Below are positions 17,088 through 26,350 of a stretch of DNA of 41,705 bases, piece after piece. Source of the DNA: a virus (taxonomy: Duplodnaviria; Caudoviricetes). Location: the IMG/VR virus record IMGVR_UViG_3300026907_000032, positions 1 to 41,705 of that record. One strand, given 5' to 3'. Position numbers and translations under genes: made by a program. Under the pieces are notes generated by a model. That model was not told the DNA's origin, searched no databases, and worked only from the letters and a program-made list of their open reading frames with translations. Positions within the stretch are counted from its first letter, which is position 1; the number at the start of each line of letters is the position of its first letter.

Positions 17088-17519
17088 ATGGCCGACGGTC
17101 AACAGACTGGTCGTACGCTGCTCATCCAGATCGGTGACGGCGAAACTCCTGAAGAATTTTTGAATCTTTGCGGTCTGACGACCCGCAGCTTCAATATGTC
17201 CGCAAATGAGGTCGACACGACTATCACGGACTGCGTCAATCCGGGGAACACGCCGCAGAAAACGGCAGAGCCGGGCATCAAGAACCGCACGTTCTCTGGC
17301 TCAGGCAAGTTCGTGAAGAGCACATCCAATACCGCCTTCATGGAGCACGTCAACGACGCTACCAAGTTCAATGCCAAGGTAATCGTGCCTGGCCTGGGTA
17401 CTTACACCGGCCCTTGGTTCGTTTCTGAATTCGAGTTCAGCGGCGAGATGGAGGGCAACATGGAATTCACGGCCACGTTCGTTGCTGCTGGCGTTCTGAC
17501 GTTCGTTGCGGAGGTGTAA
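17088..17519 (+). CDS. Major tail tube protein
   Basis: GRTLLIQIGDG..PEEF..LCGL; GTA/TP901-like tube pattern. Confidence 0.9.
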   Translation: MADGQQTGRTLLIQIGDGETPEEFLNLCGLTTRSFNMSANEVDTTITDCVNPGNTPQKTAEPGIKNRTFSGSGKFVKSTSNTAFMEHVNDATKFNAKVIVPGLGTYTGPWFVSEFEFSGEMEGNMEFTATFVAAGVLTFVAEV

Positions 17520-17520
17520 T

Positions 17521-17880
17521 TTGGCTGACGCTGAAAAGCCGTTCCCGCTTGAAGTGAATGGCGCGCGGGGCGAGGTCGGCGTGTTCGTTGGCAAGGTGCC
17601 GCTGGTTATCGTTGCCGAGATGGGCGGTCTTGCCGCTGTGTCTTCGCGCCTTTCCTGCAAGAGCATGTCCGATCTGTTTCTTCGCCTTTCAGGCGTCGAG
17701 CCGGCCGCTACTGTGGCCGCACTCGACCTGCTTACCGTGCGCGGCGACAAAGTCGCGGCAATTGGCGCGCTGAAGCTCAAGCACTTCGGCGCCGTCGCGA
17801 AAGCAATCTCTGATGCCTTGTCCCATCATTTCGATGAGGAAGACGAGGGAAACGAGGAAGCCGCTCAAAAGGCGGCGTAG
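17521..17880 (+). CDS. Tail assembly chaperone (G-like)
   Basis: TTG start with GGAGGT RBS; follows the tube gene; slippery site near 3' end. Confidence 0.8.
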   Translation: MADAEKPFPLEVNGARGEVGVFVGKVPLVIVAEMGGLAAVSSRLSCKSMSDLFLRLSGVEPAATVAALDLLTVRGDKVAAIGALKLKHFGAVAKAISDALSHHFDEEDEGNEEAAQKAA

Positions 17881-18080
17881 AAAAACCGTTTCCCTGGCGC
17901 GATTGGCAAAAGGTCGCATTCGGCGGCCTTGGCTGGACACCTGCAATTTTCTGGGCGTCTAGCTTGACCGAGTTCACCCTTGCGGTGAAAGGCAAGGCAG
18001 AAGCGAACGGAGCCAAAAAAGCCGTGGCTCCTCCGTCAGACGCCGAGATGGACGAGTTGATCAAGAGGTATGGTGGTTAG
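17847..18080 (+). CDS. -1 frameshift extension of the tail chaperone (GT-like)
   Basis: G-GGA-AAC heptamer at 17847-17853 in the correct phase; -1 frame open to TAG 18080, encoding FPWRDW..LGWTPAIFW..LTEF; no upstream start of its own. Confidence 0.85.
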   Translation, partial: GKRGSRSKGGVEKPFPWRDWQKVAFGGLGWTPAIFWASSLTEFTLAVKGKAEANGAKKAVAPPSDAEMDELIKRYGG

Positions 18081-18421
18081 GCTGGTTTCAGCCTCCACAC
18101 GTTTGGATTGGCCCTGTATTGTTCGAGGTACGGGCCAATCTGGCTGTTTTTGATCGCATCGAGGTATCGATCAGTCACAAGGCCGTACTCATAGCACTCC
18201 TGTGTGATGATCGCGTATTCCCGCTTCGATCCTTCGTTTAGACCGTCGATGTCTCTCCTAAGGATGATGTCGGCCATCCCATTTTCGCACTTCTCGATGA
18301 TGCGAGGGGTGGCGACTAGTGTTGGCCTATCCTGAGTTGATAACCCCCGAGCAGCCCATCCTCCTGCGGCCGAGGCAGCGCACGATACCGCAAGAATTGC
18401 CGCAAGTGTCCAAACCCTCAT
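18077..18421 (-). CDS. Small exported protein (moron)
   Basis: Signal/anchor N-terminus; antisense to the tail operon. Confidence 0.6.
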   Translation of the reverse strand: MRVWTLAAILAVSCAASAAGGWAARGLSTQDRPTLVATPRIIEKCENGMADIILRRDIDGLNEGSKREYAIITQECYEYGLVTDRYLDAIKNSQIGPYLEQYRANPNVWRLKPA

Positions 18422-18477
18422 TTGAGAAGCCTCCCAGCTCGTCTAACCGGCGAGCTTTTCCACGTTAGGAAACAAAC

Positions 18478-20844
18478 TTGGCCGGCAATAACAACGATGA
18501 TCTGATTATCTCAATCAGCACCGACCTTGCAACCGTAAAGCGAGCGCTTAACAGGTTGGTTTCGGACGTAGGAGCGGCATCCAGCGGTATCGAGAAGCGA
18601 TTTGCCGCAACAGGCAAGTCTATCAACAATTCACTCACCACATCGATGCAGGAACGCATCAACAGCATGGTGGGTATTGGAACGACGGCAGCAAAGGAAT
18701 GGAACGGAGTTCTCGCTGATCAGCAGAAAGAGCTTGATCGCCTCCGCGCCAAATACAGCCCGCTGTTCGCAACGATTTCGAATTACAAGAACGCCGTCGC
18801 GGAGATCCGGCAGGCCCATGCCGTCGGCGCCATTTCAACTAATGAGATGACCGCCGCAATTCAACGTGAACGGCAGGCGGCTCTTGCGTCTACAGCGGCA
18901 ATTAAGGGGCGCAATTCGGCTCTTGCCTCCCAGCCCAAGACGAGCAGCTTTAATACCGCGAACATCGCTGCCCAGTTCCAGGACATCGGCGTCACTGCGG
19001 CGATGGGCATGTCGCCTATACAGATCGCCTTGCAGCAAGGCACGCAGCTTTCGGCTGTTCTGCAGGAGATAAAAAACAGCGGGCAGGGCGTAGGTAAAGG
19101 ATTGGCCGCTGCGTTCGCATCGGTGATATCCCCTATCTCCCTTGTGACGATCGGCATCATCGCCGCTGGCACAGCAGCATTCCAGTACTTCTCTACTGTG
19201 ATGAGCGAGGGCGATAAGTCTGCTGAAGTCCTAAAAGAACAAGCTGCCCTTATTTCTGCGGTTGCGGAGAGATGGGGCGATGCAGTTCCGGCGTTACGGG
19301 AATATGCCGACCAGCTGAAGCGTGCGCAGGATGGCGCCGATCTCCAGACCGCCACGGGCAATGCAATTGAACGCGTACTTGCCGAGGCGACTAAGGGGTA
19401 TGACGGCCTAAAGACAGCTGCCGTAGAGGCTTCTTTGGAGATGCAGACAGGGAACCAAGAGGCCAGGCAATCATTCGCCGTCCTCATTGGCGACGTCAAT
19501 GATCTTGAAGGGAAGATCGGCAGCCTGTCGGAAGCCTACAAGGCCGGAAAAGACACGTCCAAGGAAATGGCAGACGTCACGCAGACGCTCGCCAAAATGC
19601 TTGAGAATGACGCGTCTAGGGCATCTGACACCCTAAGCGGAAGGATTGAGTATCTCTCCCGTATGTTCGTTGCTGCTGCGGACAGCGCCAAAAAACTGCG
19701 GGAGCAAGCCTTGCTGGCTGAGGCGTCGGCTAGGACAGCGCTATACCCATCGCGAGGTAGCTATCCGCAGACATTTCAGACCGCCGACGGTACAACACAG
19801 AACGAGAAATACCCCCTCCCGTTCGACGGCCCCACACCAGAACGCCGCCCGTCCGATCTGGACACAGACAAGAACAGAGGTTTCGGTACGCCGAAGCGGG
19901 AAAGGGCTTCAAAAAAGAGCGCGTCTGACCGCTTCGCAGAAGACCTTCAAGCGGTTCGAGATAGGACTGAGGCGCTGCGTCAGGAAATGAACCTTATTGG
20001 CTTGTCCAATGAGGCTCAAGTTAAGCGCCGTACAGCGCTAGACCTGGAGCAGAAAGCGCTGGCCGACCTTCGCGAAGAGGCGCGCAAGAAGAGTGAAAAA
20101 GACCTGGAAAGCATCACGCTTTCGCCCGACAAGATTGCCGCGATCGAGCAGGAATCTGCTGCATATGCTCGGCAATCTGAGGCGCTTAGGAAAGCGCAAG
20201 AGGAACAGCAGAAGCTGAATGAGTGGAACAACGTCGCAAGAGACGCAACGCGCGGCTTCATCGATGATTTGATCCATGGCGAGAGTGCCGCGGATGCATT
20301 TGCTGGCGCGCTCAGTCGGATCGGCGACGCACTTCTCGACGACGTGCTGAACAGCATCTTCAAGGTCAACAGTGTAGCTGGCGGCAGTGGCGGCCTCCTG
20401 AGTAGCTTCCTCGGCCTGTTTGGTGGTGGATCACAGTGGGCTGGCATTCAATCCGGGTCGATCACCGGCGGCCTCTTCTCCGAAGGTGGCTTTACCGGTC
20501 CTGGCGGCAAGTATCAGCCGGCCGGTATCGTCCATAAGGGCGAAGTGGTTTGGTCACAGGCTGATGTGGCTCGCGCTGGCGGCGTGGGTATGGTTGAGGC
20601 GCTGCGAAACGGCTACGCCAACGGCGGCCCGGTCGGGATCTCGGTTCCGAGGATCCCCTCGCTAAAGCCAGCCAACGACAATGCAGTGAAGGTCAACTAC
20701 GCGCCCGTCATCGACGCGCGCGGCGCTGATGCTGCCGCTGTGGCCAGGCTGGAAAAGGTTGTCGCAAAGCAGGGTGCAGAAATGCAAAGCCGCGTTGAGG
20801 CCGCCGTCCGGTCTGCTCAGAAGCGAAACGTGAAGTTGGGGTGA
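18478..20844 (+). CDS. Tail tape measure protein
   Basis: NIAAQFQDI..QQGTQL motif; helical Ala-rich body; GGFTGPGGKYQPAGIVHKGE. Confidence 0.93.
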   Translation: MAGNNNDDLIISISTDLATVKRALNRLVSDVGAASSGIEKRFAATGKSINNSLTTSMQERINSMVGIGTTAAKEWNGVLADQQKELDRLRAKYSPLFATISNYKNAVAEIRQAHAVGAISTNEMTAAIQRERQAALASTAAIKGRNSALASQPKTSSFNTANIAAQFQDIGVTAAMGMSPIQIALQQGTQLSAVLQEIKNSGQGVGKGLAAAFASVISPISLVTIGIIAAGTAAFQYFSTVMSEGDKSAEVLKEQAALISAVAERWGDAVPALREYADQLKRAQDGADLQTATGNAIERVLAEATKGYDGLKTAAVEASLEMQTGNQEARQSFAVLIGDVNDLEGKIGSLSEAYKAGKDTSKEMADVTQTLAKMLENDASRASDTLSGRIEYLSRMFVAAADSAKKLREQALLAEASARTALYPSRGSYPQTFQTADGTTQNEKYPLPFDGPTPERRPSDLDTDKNRGFGTPKRERASKKSASDRFAEDLQAVRDRTEALRQEMNLIGLSNEAQVKRRTALDLEQKALADLREEARKKSEKDLESITLSPDKIAAIEQESAAYARQSEALRKAQEEQQKLNEWNNVARDATRGFIDDLIHGESAADAFAGALSRIGDALLDDVLNSIFKVNSVAGGSGGLLSSFLGLFGGGSQWAGIQSGSITGGLFSEGGFTGPGGKYQPAGIVHKGEVVWSQADVARAGGVGMVEALRNGYANGGPVGISVPRIPSLKPANDNAVKVNYAPVIDARGADAAAVARLEKVVAKQGAEMQSRVEAAVRSAQKRNVKLG

Positions 20845-20860
20845 TATCTGTACACAAAGG

Positions 20861-20887
20861 AAAAGGCCTCCCTGATCGGGAGGCCTC
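20861..20887 (-). terminator. Terminator for the DUF892 moron (possibly bidirectional)
   Basis: AAAAGGCCTCCC-tgatc-GGGAGGCCT. Confidence 0.75.
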
Positions 20888-20892
20888 TACCT

Positions 20893-21387
20893 TTAGGCAG
20901 CCTTCTTCGCAGTAGACGTCTTATTGATTGACGTGACCGCGAGGTTCGTCAGCTTGTTGTTCGTCGCTTTTTCCTGATCAAGGATTTCACTCAGGATTTT
21001 GTGCGCTTCGTCATGGCCGAGATCCTTGGCCCATTCGCGCAGCGAACCGTAACGGGCGATCTCATAGTGCTCTACCGCTTGGCATGCGGCCAGAAGGCCA
21101 GCGTCTAGCGCGGTTCCTTCGGCCTCTTCCATGAGGCTGTCGGCCTCCTTGATCAAGCCTTCGATGGCATCGCACTTTTCGCCGGACGCCTTCTTGCCAA
21201 TCGACTTAAAGACCTGATCGAGCTTTTTGATCTGGTCCTTCGTCTCCGCGAGATGATCCTCGGCGGCCTTCTTCAATTCGGCGCTTTGGGCGGCCTTCGC
21301 TACTTTCGGCAGCGCCTTCGTGATGGCGTTCTCTGCGTAGTAGACGTCCTGCAGCGTGTGCTCGAAAATTTCCGCAAGCGATTTCAT
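20893..21387 (-). CDS. yciF: YciE/YciF ferritin-like stress protein (DUF892)
   Basis: LQDVYYAE..ITKALPK; CDAIEGLIKE; QAVEHYEIARYG. Confidence 0.93.
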   Translation of the reverse strand: MKSLAEIFEHTLQDVYYAENAITKALPKVAKAAQSAELKKAAEDHLAETKDQIKKLDQVFKSIGKKASGEKCDAIEGLIKEADSLMEEAEGTALDAGLLAACQAVEHYEIARYGSLREWAKDLGHDEAHKILSEILDQEKATNNKLTNLAVTSINKTSTAKKAA

Positions 21388-21421
21388 GGGATTCCTCCGG
21401 TTGTTGAATGCTCCGGGGGGA

Positions 21422-21446
21422 AATGCGCGGTTGCGAGCTTTGTTCC
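21422..21446 (-). promoter_or_regulatory. EcfG-type promoter GGAAC-N16-CATT
   Basis: Minus-strand consensus ~35 bp upstream of the yciF start. Confidence 0.8.
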
Positions 21447-21474
21447 TTGGCGCTCACACAACGGCGGAAACACA

Positions 21475-22119
21475 ATGACAATCACATACCCGCTCCCAAC
21501 TTCCTTCTTCGATGAGTTCCCAGGCTGGTCGACCGAGTTCAATCTGCTGTGGCGGCAAGAACAGTCGCGTACTGCCGGTGGCCAAACGGTCGTCAAGGAT
21601 ATGGGTTCGCCACTCTGGCAGATGACAGCGCAATCGCGCTCGATGAAGCCGAACGAACTGGACTACTGGCGTGCGCGGCTCACGAGCCTGGAAAACGGGC
21701 TGAAGACGTTCCGCGCATTCCCGAAGTCGCGCTGTTTCCCGGTGGCGTATCCGAACGGCAGTTGGCCGACCGGCGGCGCATTTGCCGGCGTAGGGCAGGT
21801 GGCCACGATTGCGAGTAACCGCAAGGCCATCTCGCTCTCCGGCCTGCCTGCTGGCTACAAGGTCACGGTCGGCGATTACATCCAGATCGGCGACAAGGAT
21901 CTGCACATGGTGATGGAGCCGATGACCGCAGGCGCCGGCGGAGTGACAACGCAGTTTGAGGTGCGTCCGCATCTCTGGCCCGGTGTTACGGCTCCACATG
22001 ACGCAAAGCTAGTCCAGCCTTCCTGCATCATGATGCTCGTGCCTGGCTCCATTTCGACAACTGCCGACATGGCAACGGGTCGGGGCACGGTCACGTTTCA
22101 GGCGATTGAAGCCCGCTAG
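21475..22119 (+). CDS. Distal tail-like protein
   Basis: Position after the tape measure gene; SRTAGG...PLW pattern; start 21475. Confidence 0.7.
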   Translation: MTITYPLPTSFFDEFPGWSTEFNLLWRQEQSRTAGGQTVVKDMGSPLWQMTAQSRSMKPNELDYWRARLTSLENGLKTFRAFPKSRCFPVAYPNGSWPTGGAFAGVGQVATIASNRKAISLSGLPAGYKVTVGDYIQIGDKDLHMVMEPMTAGAGGVTTQFEVRPHLWPGVTAPHDAKLVQPSCIMMLVPGSISTTADMATGRGTVTFQAIEAR

Positions 22120-22145
22120 CCGGCGCCAACCATCACAGGAAATCA

Positions 22146-22811
22146 ATGAGAAACATCTCAGCAGAAAACCTTGCTGCGCTTGAGGCGCGGCAGCTGGTGG
22201 CGCGCGACTTCCTCTGGTTTGTTGCGCGCGATCGGGCGACAGGTGCGCCGGTCACGGATGGCATGTGGTCGGACGTCGGTAACGTATCGGCGGCCATCGT
22301 CCATCCGGATACAGGTTTGCCGGTCACGCGTGACTGGTACGGCTCCGGCACGCTGGTGCAGATCGATGACATTCCGCTCGTCGCCAACCTTTCGGTGCAG
22401 AACGTCAATATCCGCCTCTCGCAGGTCAGCGAGCACGTTCAGACGCTGGTGAGGCAGTATGATTGCCGTCAGGCGCGCGTCGAGATTTACCGAGGTCTGT
22501 TTGATCCGGACAGTCGCCAGATGGTGGCGCCGGCCGAATGTCGCTTCGTCGGCTTCGTGGATACCATCACGATCAATACGCCTTCTGAAAATGAGGAAGG
22601 CAGCGTGACGATGGTTTGCGCCAGCCACACTCAGGAAATGACGCGCTCCAATCCGTCGACGCGCAGTCACGCGACGCAGGTGCTGCGGCAGGCCGGCGAC
22701 GCGTTCTATCAGGATGCGGACACCTCTTCCGAGTGGGAGTTCTTCTGGGGTTCCGAAAAGGGCAAGGTCGCGACGCAGCCGAAGCGCCGCAAATTTTTAG
22801 GTATATTTTAG
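22146..22811 (+). CDS. Tail tip/hub protein (DUF2163-like)
   Basis: WYGSGTLVQI; RFVGFVD; gene order. Confidence 0.7.
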   Translation: MRNISAENLAALEARQLVARDFLWFVARDRATGAPVTDGMWSDVGNVSAAIVHPDTGLPVTRDWYGSGTLVQIDDIPLVANLSVQNVNIRLSQVSEHVQTLVRQYDCRQARVEIYRGLFDPDSRQMVAPAECRFVGFVDTITINTPSENEEGSVTMVCASHTQEMTRSNPSTRSHATQVLRQAGDAFYQDADTSSEWEFFWGSEKGKVATQPKRRKFLGIF

Positions 22812-22823
22812 AGGAGCTTTTGG

Positions 22824-23360
22824 ATGGCTGAGGCTTGGCTGCCGGTCTGCGGCTTTGAGGGATTCTATGAGGTTTCGAACCTTGGACGTGTTCGCTCCGT
22901 CGATAGAACGGTAACGCGAGATTACGGCGACGGCAGAAAAACGACAGTGCGCCGACGCGGTGCTATCATGAAGTTCGATTACCGCGATGGGTACGCGACA
23001 GTCCGCATGCAAGCCGAAGGTAGGTCATTCAAGGGATATGTCCACAGGCTCGTCTGCGCAGCGTTCAATGGGCCGCAGCCGACGCCTGCGAAGAGCGTGG
23101 TCGCACATAATGACGGCGACTTTACAAACAACACGCCCGAGAACGTGCGATGGGCTACTCCAACCGAAAATCAGCGCGACCGTGAGGGCCACGGAACTCA
23201 TAACAGGGGCGAGCGATCGCACCTGCGCAAGCTGACGTGGGATGATGTTTCCGAGATTAGAGAATCTTCGGAACCAAACCCGCATGTGGCCCGCCGATTT
23301 GGTGTGACGTCAGCAAACATCCGCATGATCAGACGAATGAAAACCTGGATACCCCTGTGA
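22824..23360 (+). CDS. NUMOD4-HNH homing endonuclease
   Basis: WLPVCGFEGFYEVSNLGRVRS; VHRLV..AF; HNDGD..NN..ENVRW. Confidence 0.92.
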   Translation: MAEAWLPVCGFEGFYEVSNLGRVRSVDRTVTRDYGDGRKTTVRRRGAIMKFDYRDGYATVRMQAEGRSFKGYVHRLVCAAFNGPQPTPAKSVVAHNDGDFTNNTPENVRWATPTENQRDREGHGTHNRGERSHLRKLTWDDVSEIRESSEPNPHVARRFGVTSANIRMIRRMKTWIPL

Positions 23361-23788
23361 TGGACATCCGCTTTGCCGAAGCGAGCGACCGAGATCGCGT
23401 TGTTGCGTTGCTTCGTGAAAGCCATGAGGCCGCAGGCTTCACCTTTCCATTCCAGGCGGCTTATGCTGATGGGCTGTTTCAGCAGCATCTGGCGTCGGAC
23501 AAGGCCTGCATTCTTGTCGCAGGAGATCCGGCGCAGGGCGTCCTGATGGCGTGTGCTTTCGAGCACCCGTTCGGTGCCGGTCGCATTGCCAAGGAAACAG
23601 TCTGGTACGTCACTCCAGCGGCACGCGGTCGGGGAGCGATCAAGATGCTCGATGCTTACGAGACGTGGGCGCGGTCGGTCGGCTGCGTGTCTGCTGGCAT
23701 GGCATCGCTCGTCACCAACGACGTTTCCGGCCTCTACAAGCGGCGCGGCTACAGCGCTGTCGAAACTCATTTCATGAAGCCGCTTTAG
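23357..23788 (+). CDS. GNAT-family acetyltransferase
   Basis: WYVTPAARGRG acetyl-CoA motif; LYKRRGY. Confidence 0.85.
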   Translation: MMDIRFAEASDRDRVVALLRESHEAAGFTFPFQAAYADGLFQQHLASDKACILVAGDPAQGVLMACAFEHPFGAGRIAKETVWYVTPAARGRGAIKMLDAYETWARSVGCVSAGMASLVTNDVSGLYKRRGYSAVETHFMKPL

Positions 23789-23845
23789 CGGCGTTCCTTC
23801 GGCGCCACCCGCGCCCCGCGCTTACGCGCATCCCAAGGAAAATCG

Positions 23846-26350
23846 ATGGCTATTTTTTCTGGTATCGCAGCCGCGATATCCGGCGTGGTTTCGGCTGTCT
23901 CCGGTTTTATTGGCGGCCTTGGCGCAGTCGGCGCGTTCCTGCTGAAGACCGCCGTCGGTGTTGGCCTCAGCCTTCTCGCGCAGTCTCTCGCAGGTAAGCC
24001 AAAAGACCCGACGTTCTCCATTAACGGCACACTGCAGGGCGGCGGCGATGTTGCTCGCTCGTTCATCATGGGCCGCACCGCGACCGCTGGTTCGCTGGTG
24101 TTCGTCAATACCTGGGGGCAGGACGGCGATACGCCGAACGCCTATCTGACGCAGGTCATAGCACTCTCGGATTTGCCGGTGCGTGGCCTTGCCGAGGTCT
24201 GGGTCAATGGCGAGCTCGTAACTTTCGGCGGCCTGACGGATCGCGGTTATTCGGTAAACGAGTATCCAGACAGCCTCTGGGTTAAGTTCTACGACGGCAC
24301 GCAGACGACGGCTGACAGCTTCCTGTTCACGTCGGTTTCGAACGGCAACAGGTGGTGGAACCCGGATCGCATCGGGCGCGGCGTTGCTTATGCGATTGTC
24401 ACGGCTCGCGTCTCGAAGAACATGTTTTCGGGCGTGCCGTCCTTCAAGTTCGTGCTCGAAGGGCTGCGCCTCTACGACATCTCGCGTGACAGCACGCAAG
24501 GCGGCGTCGGTCCGCAGCGTTTTGCCGATCCGGCGACATGGGGCGGAGATGGTGACTTCCTGCCTGCAGTGCAGATTTACAATCTACTGCGCGGCATCAC
24601 CTATAACGGCCAGTGGTTTTATGGCCTGCAGAACATGGCGGCGGCTCGCCTTCCTGCGGCAGCATGGATTGCGCAGATTGAGAAGCACCGCGCCGGCACA
24701 CTGGAATCCACTGGCTGGGTAAACACCTATCGCAGTGGCGGCGAAATTCAGGTGGAAGCACCATTGGCGTCTGCGGTCGAGGCGCTGCTTACGGCCTGTC
24801 AGGGCAAGATCTCGGAAGTTGGTGGAGTTTATTACCTTCACTCCGGGGCACCGGGTGCGCCTGTCATCGCGTTCACTGATGACGATATTCTGTCTACTGA
24901 GGAACAGGAGTTTACGCCTTTCCTTGGGCTGGCGGATACCATCAACGGTGTGTCGGCAAACTATCCTTCTCCGCAAGACGGATGGGTATCGAAGACTGCG
25001 CCGCCGCTCTATCGAACTGACCTTGAAGCGATCGACGGCAACCGCCGCCTGATGGCTGACGTCGACCTGAACTTCGTTCCATATCCGGAACAGGTGCAGC
25101 GCCTCATGAAATCTGCGCTTGAGGAGGCTCGCCGCTTCCGCAGGCACACGATTGTACTGCCGCCCATGTTCTGGGCCTATGCGACGCCGGGAACCGTGTT
25201 TTCATGGACCTCCGAGCGCAACGGCTACATTGGGAAGCTGATGCGGATCGATGGTGTCGCCGATCGCGCCAACCTCGATGTGATGATCGACATCACTGAG
25301 GTGGATCCGGGTGATTACGACTGGAGTACGGACACCGAATTCAAGCCTCCGGTCGATGGTCAGCTTGGTGTCATTCGCCCGACGCCGCAACCCATTATCG
25401 ATTGGTATGCGGAGCCGGCGACGGTCAAGGATAGTACCGGTCAGGATCGCAGGCCCGCCATCCGACTGACGTGGGACAACAGCGATGGTCGCCTCGATGA
25501 CGTCATAGGCATCGAATATGAGGTTCGCCTTCAGGCGTCGCTTGAAAAGGTCACAGAAGGTCGAACGGACCAGCCACAAGTGGGCTCAATGCTCATTTCG
25601 CAAGGCTTGCTGCCGAACGAGAGTTATGTTGCTCGTGGCCGCTATATACCTGGTGGTGACAGGCCGGTTTTGTGGTCGGGGTTCATTCCGGTCATTACGC
25701 CTAACGTCCTGCTTTCCGATATGGACGTATATGTCGACATCGATCTCAGCGGCATCGGCGACGCCCTTGGTTGGCTTCGCCACAACGCCAGAACGGCACA
25801 GGACGCCATCGATGGGCTTATTGCCGCACAGATGGAAATGGCGACGGTTGCCTACAAAGACACCCGAAAACTTGCCAGAGAATTGTCCGTGGAGCTTGGC
25901 GCGGCGCGCGCTGAATATCGTGAGGATATTCAGCTTGCCGTGAATGAAACCATGGCGGTTGCTGGCAAGGTGGAGACGCTGACGGCAGCGCTCGGCGGCA
26001 ATACTGCGTCGATCAATATTGCTTGGGCCGCCGTTGCTGCTCCATCGGGCTACGCGGCTCGATATGGCATCATCGCCGCAGTGAATGACGGTCAGTATCG
26101 CGCCGCATCATTCCTGATGGATGTGCCCGCCAATCCGGCAAGCCCAACGCGCATCATCATGAAGGCAGGCCAGGTTCTCATGGTGAGCGATGATGACGAA
26201 AACGTCGAGCGCCCCTTTGTATTTGAAGACGGCGAGCTCACGCTTTTGGCTGCGAACGTTCGTCGCATCAGATCCGGTTTGATCGAGGATGACAACGGCA
26301 AAATGACGCTCGACATCACGAACGGGCGGATAAGGGTGCGCTCAGCATGA
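23846..26350 (+). CDS. Central tail tip/host-specificity protein (J-like)
   Basis: 834 aa; N-terminal Gly/Ala hydrophobic segment; GRGVAYAIV; coiled coil near C-terminus. Confidence 0.85.
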   Translation: MAIFSGIAAAISGVVSAVSGFIGGLGAVGAFLLKTAVGVGLSLLAQSLAGKPKDPTFSINGTLQGGGDVARSFIMGRTATAGSLVFVNTWGQDGDTPNAYLTQVIALSDLPVRGLAEVWVNGELVTFGGLTDRGYSVNEYPDSLWVKFYDGTQTTADSFLFTSVSNGNRWWNPDRIGRGVAYAIVTARVSKNMFSGVPSFKFVLEGLRLYDISRDSTQGGVGPQRFADPATWGGDGDFLPAVQIYNLLRGITYNGQWFYGLQNMAAARLPAAAWIAQIEKHRAGTLESTGWVNTYRSGGEIQVEAPLASAVEALLTACQGKISEVGGVYYLHSGAPGAPVIAFTDDDILSTEEQEFTPFLGLADTINGVSANYPSPQDGWVSKTAPPLYRTDLEAIDGNRRLMADVDLNFVPYPEQVQRLMKSALEEARRFRRHTIVLPPMFWAYATPGTVFSWTSERNGYIGKLMRIDGVADRANLDVMIDITEVDPGDYDWSTDTEFKPPVDGQLGVIRPTPQPIIDWYAEPATVKDSTGQDRRPAIRLTWDNSDGRLDDVIGIEYEVRLQASLEKVTEGRTDQPQVGSMLISQGLLPNESYVARGRYIPGGDRPVLWSGFIPVITPNVLLSDMDVYVDIDLSGIGDALGWLRHNARTAQDAIDGLIAAQMEMATVAYKDTRKLARELSVELGAARAEYREDIQLAVNETMAVAGKVETLTAALGGNTASINIAWAAVAAPSGYAARYGIIAAVNDGQYRAASFLMDVPANPASPTRIIMKAGQVLMVSDDDENVERPFVFEDGELTLLAANVRRIRSGLIEDDNGKMTLDITNGRIRVRSA

